From Eledone cirrhosa (Eukaryota), in assembly GCA_964016885.1 (NCBI GenBank), contig OZ024741.1, positions 236,220,001 to 236,284,000 of the forward strand: 64,000 bases of DNA. The letters run 5' to 3'. Each line of letters starts with the position of its first letter. Position 1 is the first letter of the stretch. The notes under the pieces are model-generated. The model was not told the DNA's origin. It searched no databases and saw nothing but the letters and a program-made list of their open reading frames with translations. A program made the translations under genes and the position numbers. This document shows, piece after piece, positions 55,499 to 64,000 of this stretch.

Positions 55499-58400
55499 TA
55501 TGTACACGTACATACATATATGTATACCGACGTACAGTAGTATGTATATATATATATACATACATGCACACATATATATATGCACGTATGGATTCACCGA
55601 ACATTTATTATAATGCTCGGTGTGTTTGTAAACAAACATCCCGTATTAAGCCGTAGTGTCTAGCAACCACCGTTGCTCGTTTGTTCAACACTGACAAAGG
55701 AACGCTGTACTAGTTTCAAGCTTGTTAGCTATCGTCAGCAACGTATACCTTCCTGCCAGATTGTTGAACGTATATACTTACCTTATGCATATTGACGGCC
55801 GAGTAGCCCAATATGCATATCGAGTGGGTTAATCGGCCGGGTGCACCGAAAACGATAAACGGAAAAAATGAAACGATATTTCATTTCCCACTCTTAGTAC
55901 GGCTGTTACTTAAATATAAGTATGTACACGTACATACATATATGTATACCGACGTACAGTAGTATGTATATATATATATACATACATGCACACATATATA
56001 TATGCACGTATGGATTCACCGAACATTTATTATAATGCTCGGTGTGTTTGTAAACAAACATCCCGTATTAAGCCGTAGTGTCTAGCAACCACCGTTGCTC
56101 GTTTGTTCAACACTGACAAAGGAACGCTGTACTAGTTTCAAGCTTGTTAGCTATCGTCAGCAACGTATACCTTCCTGCCAGATTGTTGAACGTATATACT
56201 TACCTTATGCATATTGACGGCCGAGTAGCCCAATATGCATATCGAGTGGGTTAATCGGCCGGGTGCACCGAAAACGATAAACGGAAAAAATGAAACGATA
56301 TTTCATTTCCCACTCTTAGTACGGCTGTTACTTAAATATAAGTATGTACACGTACATACATATATGTATACCGACGTACAGTAGTATGTATATATATATA
56401 TACATACATGCACACATATATATATGCACGTATGGATTCACCGAACATTTATTATAATGCTCGGTGTGTTTGTAAACAAACATCCCGTATTAAGCCGTAG
56501 TGTCTAGCAACCACCGTTGCTCGTTTGTTCAACACTGACAAAGGAACGCTGTACTAGTTTCAAGCTTGTTAGCTATCGTCAGCAACGTATACCTTCCTGC
56601 CAGATTGTTGAACGTATATACTTACCTTATGCATATTGACGGCCGAGTAGCCCAATATGCATATCGAGTGGGTTAATCGGCCGGGTGCACCGAAAACGAT
56701 AAACGGAAAAAATGAAACGATATTTCATTTCCCACTCTTAGTACGGCTGTTACTTAAATATAAGTATGTACACGTACATACATATATGTATACCGACGTA
56801 CAGTAGTATGTATATATATATATACATACATGCACACATATATATATGCACGTATGGATTCACCGAACATTTATTATAATGCTCGGTGTGTTTGTAAACA
56901 AACATCCCGTATTAAGCCGTAGTGTCTAGCAACCACCGTTGCTCGTTTGTTCAACACTGACAAAGGAACGCTGTACTAGTTTCAAGCTTGTTAGCTATCG
57001 TCAGCAACGTATACCTTCCTGCCAGATTGTTGAACGTATATACTTACCTTATGCATATTGACGGCCGAGTAGCCCAATATGCATATCGAGTGGGTTAATC
57101 GGCCGGGTGCACCGAAAACGATAAACGGAAAAAATGAAACGATATTTCATTTCCCACTCTTAGTACGGCTGTTACTTAAATATAAGTATGTACACGTACA
57201 TACATATATGTATACCGACGTACAGTAGTATGTATATATATATATACATACATGCACACATATATATATGCACGTATGGATTCACCGAACATTTATTATA
57301 ATGCTCGGTGTGTTTGTAAACAAACATCCCGTATTAAGCCGTAGTGTCTAGCAACCACCGTTGCTCGTTTGTTCAACACTGACAAAGGAACGCTGTACTA
57401 GTTTCAAGCTTGTTAGCTATCGTCAGCAACGTATACCTTCCTGCCAGATTGTTGAACGTATATACTTACCTTATGCATATTGACGGCCGAGTAGCCCAAT
57501 ATGCATATCGAGTGGGTTAATCGGCCGGGTGCACCGAAAACGATAAACGGAAAAAATGAAACGATATTTCATTTCCCACTCTTAGTACGGCTGTTACTTA
57601 AATATAAGTATGTACACGTACATACATATATGTATACCGACGTACAGTAGTATGTATATATATATATACATACATGCACACATATATATATGCACGTATG
57701 GATTCACCGAACATTTATTATAATGCTCGGTGTGTTTGTAAACAAACATCCCGTATTAAGCCGTAGTGTCTAGCAACCACCGTTGCTCGTTTGTTCAACA
57801 CTGACAAAGGAACGCTGTACTAGTTTCAAGCTTGTTAGCTATCGTCAGCAACGTATACCTTCCTGCCAGATTGTTGAACGTATATACTTACCTTATGCAT
57901 ATTGACGGCCGAGTAGCCCAATATGCATATCGAGTGGGTTAATCGGCCGGGTGCACCGAAAACGATAAACGGAAAAAATGAAACGATATTTTATTTCCCA
58001 CTCTTAGTACGGCTGTTACTTAAATATAAGTATGTACACGTACATACATATATGTATACCGACGTACAGTAGTATGTATATATATATATACATACATGCA
58101 CACATATATATATGCACGTATGGATTCACCGAACATTTATTATAATGCTCGGTGTGTTTGTAAACAAACATCCCGTATTAAGCCGTAGTGTCTAGCAACC
58201 ACCGTTGCTCGTTTGTTCAACACTGACAAAGGAACGCTGTACTAGTTTCAAGCTTGTTAGCTATCGTCAGCAACGTATACCTTCCTGCCAGATTGTTGAA
58301 CGTATATACTTACCTTATGCATATTGACGGCCGAGTAGCCCAATATGCATATCGAGTGGGTTAATCGGCCGGGTGCACCGAAAACGATAAACGGAAAAAA

Positions 58401-59058
58401 TGAAACGATATTTCATTTCCCACTCTTAGTACGGCTGTTACTTAAATATAAGTATGTACACGTACATACATATATGTATACCGACGTACAGTAGTATGTA
58501 TATATATATATACATACATGCACACATATACATACTACTGTACGTCGGTATACATATATGTATGTACGTGTACATACTTATATTTAAGTAACAGCCGTAC
58601 TAAGAGTGGGAAATGAAATATCGTTTCATTTTTTCCGTTTATCGTTTTCGGTGCACCCGGCCGATTAACCCACTCGATATGCATATTGGGCTACTCGGCC
58701 GTCAATATGCATAAGGTAAGTATATACGTTCAACAATCTGGCAGGAAGGTATACGTTGCTGACGATAGCTAACAAGCTTGAAACTAGTACAGCGTTCCTT
58801 TGTCAGTGTTGAACAAACGAGCAACGGTGGTTGCTAGACACTACGGCTTAATACGGGATGTTTGTTTACAAACACACCGAGCATTATAATAAATGTTCGG
58901 TGAATCCATACGTGCATATATATATGTGTGCATGTATGTATATATATATATACATACTACTGTACGTCGGTATACATATATGTATGTACGTGTACATACT
59001 TATATTTAAGTAACAGCCGTACTAAGAGTGGGAAATGAAATATCGTTTCATTTTTTCC

Positions 59059-59059
<1 letters not shown>
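55493..59059 (-). mobile_element. Retrozyme-like tandem array: 7+ near-identical 422-bp units plus ~1.25 inverted units
   Basis: Marker ggaaaaaatg at 55861, 56283, 56705, 57127, 57549, 57971, 58393; inversion at ~58530; one HHR per unit; (TA)n flanks. Confidence 0.92.
55702..55744 (-). ncRNA. Hammerhead ribozyme of the 422-bp unit (repeats every 422 bp up to 58234-58276; + copy at 58753-58795)
   Basis: ACGTTG CTGACGA t AGCT aaca AGCT t GAA ACTAGT A CAGCGT. Confidence 0.88.
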
Positions 59060-59127
<68 letters not shown>

Positions 59128-59307
59128 TATACACATATATTCAAATATATATATACATACATACACACGTAGATACATATGGACAGTTAGCTTCTCGCTA
59201 CAACAATTTCTATACTTTTCATTTATATACATATATACATATATAAATGAGAGGTATAGAGATTGTTTTAGCGAGAAGCTAACAGCATTCTATAACATAT
59301 ATGCGAC

Positions 59308-59338
<31 letters not shown>

Positions 59339-59349
59339 CATATATATAT

Positions 59350-59576
59350 ATAAGAAAATACATAAATATTATATATATATAAAAATAAAAAGGTGGAAGG
59401 GGTAAACAAATAGTTGGGAATACGACAAATAATAAATAAATAAATAAATAGATAACGGTATAAATGTTTATAGCTGATTTAGAGCATTCAACAATTTCTA
59501 GAGCAAATAATCAATGAAAATAAACATTAAATCACTGTATGTAATTATGCATACAGATATATATAATTATATACAC

Positions 59577-59607
<31 letters not shown>

Positions 59608-60630
59608 CATATATATATACACACACATATACATACACACAGAAATAAATATCTATAAATAAAAAAGGTGGGTATGTAAAGGGTAAGATAGAAAGTAAGG
59701 GGGGGGGGGGGGATAAGGAAAATAAATAACATAGGAAAAGGTTTAAATATAAGGGGATATAAGGGAGAAAAAGAATATAAGAGTACAGAAAGTGAGTTCA
59801 GAGAGTAATAAAAATCGTAATGGATGTAAGGCGTAGAGAGCAGAGAAGAAGTTCAAGGTGGTTGAGTCATCGTAGGAATGTCAATCCAGTTACAGATCAG
59901 ATGTGATTTCAGGTGAGGACAACATCTGAAGATCTCGGTCTTGGAGTTCAGGCAAGTTGAAGTGGCTTTCAAGTTTTGTAGAATCCTAAATTGTTCAGTG
60001 GTATACAAAGAACAATTCTTTGTGCCCCTTTGGTATTCTCTCGAATGGTCTAAAATACACCAATCGATAGAGTACGGGATGTTTTTATCTTTGAATTCCC
60101 ACACCTTATTTGCGAGAGCCGTTGCTGTTCTTTTATCAGGGTGTTTAAAAGAAGCGACATGTGCATAAAACCTGGTTTTGAACCTGTCCTGAGTCATGCC
60201 AACATATCGTTCACTCCTGGCTGGCTGGTTGTTAATTAAAGGTGTCACTTTGGCCTCATATACAACGGATTTGGTATTACATTTGCCCTGTAATGGGCAT
60301 TCATCCGGCTTCCTGCAACTGCATCCTGGATTTATTCTCGTACGATTAGAATTAGTGATTTTAGACTTCATTGATTGGCAGCAAGAGTAACTGATTTTAA
60401 CTACATTTCTATTACATATCTTATAATATCTATGATATTACTCTCTGAACTCACTTTCTGTACTCTTATATTCTTTTTCTCCCTTATCTCCCCTTATATT
60501 TAAACTTTTTCCTATGTTATTTATTTTCCTTATCCCCCCCCCCCCTACTTTCTACCTTACCCTTTACATACCCACCTTTTTTATTTATAGATATTTATTT
60601 CTGTGTGTATGTATGTGTTGTGTATATGTG

Positions 60631-60684
<54 letters not shown>

Positions 60685-60904
60685 TGTGTGTATATAATTA
60701 TATATATCTGTATGCATAATTACATGCAGAGTGATTTAATGTTTATTTTCATTGATTATTTGCTCTAGGAATTGTTCAGTGCTCTAAATCAGCTATAAAC
60801 ATTTATACCTTTATCTATTTATTTATTTATTTATTTATTTATTATTTGTTGTATTCCCAACTATTTGTTTTTATTTATATATATATATAATATTTATGTA
60901 TTTT

Positions 60905-60910
<6 letters not shown>
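59350..60910 (-). mobile_element. 5'-truncated Naiad-type PLE with inverted 3'-UTR copy
   Basis: ORF 59853-60371; 59350-59810 is inverted at 60437-60910. Confidence 0.85.
59853..60371 (-). pseudogene. Naiad Zn-knuckle plus GIY-YIG endonuclease fragment (172 aa)
   Basis: CSCRKPDECPLQGKC, VVYEAKV..RYVGMT..FKTRFYAH..LNSKTE..CPH. Confidence 0.88.
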
Positions 60911-60946
<36 letters not shown>

Positions 60947-61203
60947 TAAATCTTAACCATTTAACATCTCAGGTTAAGTCATGTATCATTATATTTTGTC
61001 TGATGAGGAGGTACTGTTGTACATCCGAAATATGTATAATAAAATGTAATTGATCAAAAGAACATCTATTTTATTAATATTTGTATTTTAATATTAATAA
61101 CTCTGGAAAATTAAATCCATAGAGTGCTTCCAATCTACTGTAAAACTCATTCTTCGATATACTCATTGAATCTTGTTTAACTCTTTAATATATATATACA
61201 TAT

Positions 61204-61277
<74 letters not shown>

Positions 61278-61295
61278 GTTAAAGAGTTAAACAAG

Positions 61296-62015
61296 ATTGT
61301 GCTACCGAGGAGCTGTACCAGTTCGAGACAAGCTCTACAGACATGGGCGCCCGGGCAGGGACCCTGCAAAAAAGATCTGTCCGGGGTGCGTGCGAGACGA
61401 AGAAACCGTCGGGCACGCATTCATACACTGCCCGGGTGTCACCGACCTGTGGGGCTATGTAGAACGACTATTGTCGCGGGTGGGACCAATCCGGTTGACC
61501 ACCGAGTCCATTGTCATGATCAAACCGCCACCCTCCTTCAAAAACGAAGGAGAGGCGGTTTTCTTTTGTGTGATAGCTATGGCGAAAGAGGTTATATGGT
61601 GGACAAGGTTGAAAGGGCTGAGGTCAGACACCTTTCTCTCCGGCCAACAACTGATTTTTTTTTCAAATACCACTTTGGAAGAAGAATCAGGATGGAGAGA
61701 GAAGTTTTATGAAAGGTGGGTGAAAGTGGCGAGAATGGCCCGAGTGAATGAGCCTTCTCTCTATATCAGCCTGTAGGTTTAGGAAAAAGAGGAGGAGAGG
61801 AAAGGAGTACAAACTCTTCGTACTCCTAGAGATGAGGGTTGCACATTTTTTGTTCGGGGTATGTGTTACCTATATGTAATGTCTCCCCCTATTAGGGAAA
61901 ATCGACTAATTTTTAAATTGCATTTGTGATCATATTTTACACGTTTTTATTGTATGTAAACTTCCCCCTTTGTATTTGTCCCCTTCTTTTGTGCCCCTGT
62001 GGCTAATAAAGAAAC
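61296..62015 (+). mobile_element. Tx1/L1-like LINE 3' fragment with zf-RVT
   Basis: CPGCVRDEETVGHAFIHCP..LW (CCHC), followed by a 3' UTR with aataaa. Confidence 0.8.
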
Positions 62016-62911
62016 ATATATATATATGTATGTATGTGTGTGTATGTATGTATGTATATATATGTGTATATATATATGTATGTATATATATATATATATA
62101 TATCTATATCCAAAATTAAGATAAATCAAAGTGAATTTAATCTAAATCAAAATTATGGGTGTCATGCCAGAAAGGCATGCGCCATATCACCCGTAAAATA
62201 AGCTCCAAGGTTCTAATGAATAGGTCCGAGCATTTTATAACAACTAGAAATTGATTAACATATAAATAAACATATGAAACAATCACAGGGGATAATTTTT
62301 ACAAGTGTGTAAGCACACATAGCTAGGTAGGTAACTAAATAAAGTTAACTAGAACTTCAAAAATAGATACCTTATAATATGATTAATCTTTCCTGTATAT
62401 ATTCCATTAAAGAAATATATTTCACCAATTAATCGAATGGTAAACCACGGAGGCCGATACTTGGATTTTCAACAAGGAAGAAGTCCAGCCATCTGTGTTT
62501 ACGCATTAAGTTCAAATCAGCGACTGGCCAGTAACACGTGCTGAAGCTACTAAAAATACACACATCATACCAGCTTCGTCCCAGTGGCGTGAATAGGGTT
62601 ATCGACAACTAGAAACAGCAGTCAAGTCCTTTCAACAGAGTTAGCTCTACAATGTTAGCTCTACATATGTTTATTTATATGTTAATCAATTTCTAGTTGT
62701 TATAAAATGCTCGGACCTATTCATTAGAATCTTGGAGCTTATTTTACGGGTGATATGGCGCATGCCTTTCTGGCATGACACCCATAATTTTGATTTAGAT
62801 TAAATTCACTTTGATTTATCGTATATATATACGTATATATGTACATGTGTGTGTGTTTGTGTATTTGTGTGTATGTGTATGTATGGATATGTATATATAT
62901 ATATTTGTATG

Positions 62912-62980
<69 letters not shown>

Positions 62981-63015
62981 ATGTGTATATATGTGTGTAT
63001 GTGTATATATGTGTG

Positions 63016-63066
<51 letters not shown>

Positions 63067-63390
63067 ATGTATATGTGTGTGTGTATGTGTGTGTGTGCAT
63101 GTGTGTTTATCTACTTTTATATTCATTCTGTTTCCTTTCCTTCTTCCTTTTCCAGCCTCACTTTCATATAGATTATATTTTTGTTTTTAAAGTCCACTGT
63201 CAATAAATACACCAGAATTTTTTCCTTCTGATGACTGAAAGCAAATTTTGTTTGCTTTCAAGAAACCACTGGTAAATGAAATAATTATCTTATGTTGTTT
63301 ATTACATAACTATTAAGTTCTGTAACCTTCATAGAGCACTCTTTTTTCCTGGACCTTTCCGACGGAATGACTTCATTCATACATATATAT

Positions 63391-63420
63391 AGCACTAAGT
63401 AATGCTTATTGCAAAAATGC

Positions 63421-63490
<70 letters not shown>

Positions 63491-63592
63491 GCATTTTTGC
63501 AATAAGCATTACTTAGTGCTAACAGATCCAAAGTACAAAATACTGGCCAGTTTTGTACTTTGAATCTGTTAGCAGTAAGTAATGCTTATTGT
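63391..63592. repeat. Double fold-back (three alternating copies of a ~30-45-bp segment)
   Basis: 63391-63424 / 63487-63520 around (TA)n, and 63498-63541 / 63551-63592. Confidence 0.7.
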
Positions 63593-64000
63593 AGAATCGC
63601 AGCACCCTCGCCTTGGAGTATAACAATTTTTTCTCTTCCCCTCTGTTAATTTCTTTCTGACGAAATGCAATAATTTATTAGGTAATGCATACAATTGAGC
63701 ATTGGACTATGCAGCCAGCACATTTAGATGGCTATGTAATTGTACAGAAACATATGTTAACGATTGAACACTCAATAAATTTCTCCTTCTGACCACTTCT
63801 TCCTGCCTAATTTTTCCTGCTTTTCCTGGTAACATACTTATCATTACACACACACTCACACATATGTATATACACACACACATATATGTATATTTGTGTG
63901 TGCACATAGCTACATATACACGTATGAACAGATTTATATGTGTACGTGCATGTGTGCGTGTACTGTGCGCACATGCGTGTACTGTGTATTTGTGTGTGTT

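Noticed and set aside
55493-58530. CRISPR array or coding tandem gene cluster
   Set aside because: Whole 422-bp units are identical (no unique spacers), no cas genes, eukaryotic context, no meaningful ORF
60735-60785. HHR-like TTGATTA...GAAATTGT in the Naiad 3' UTR (mirror ~59485-59520)
   Set aside because: Several core mismatches and no convincing stem II

Overview
Eukaryotic, AT-rich, microsatellite-saturated DNA, most likely an octopod cephalopod (inferred from OK-type tRNA-derived SINEs and (TA)n/(CA)n/(ATAG)n content). No intact host gene is evident; there is one candidate 189-bp exon. Most ORF-track entries are microsatellite artefacts. The window is dominated by Penelope-like retroelements (PLEs) of the Naiad and Neptune types and their non-autonomous relatives, almost all embedded in (TA)n and often carrying a 5' inverted (fold-back) segment. 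By eye I count roughly 35-40 minimal type-I hammerhead ribozyme (HHR) motifs from more than 10 families. The most striking items are two non-coding tandem arrays (422-bp unit x7 plus an inversion; 466-bp unit x~3 with an inversion). Each unit carries one HHR with a palindromic stem III, so these look like related retrozyme-like elements, predicted to yield circular RNAs and apparently integrated by PLE machinery. There is also a 719-aa ORF in which a Naiad RT is fused in frame to a Neptune C-terminal region. LINE (RTE, CR1-like, Tx1, R4-like), SINE, Helitron and MITE remnants fill the rest. All structures were read by eye; none were computed.
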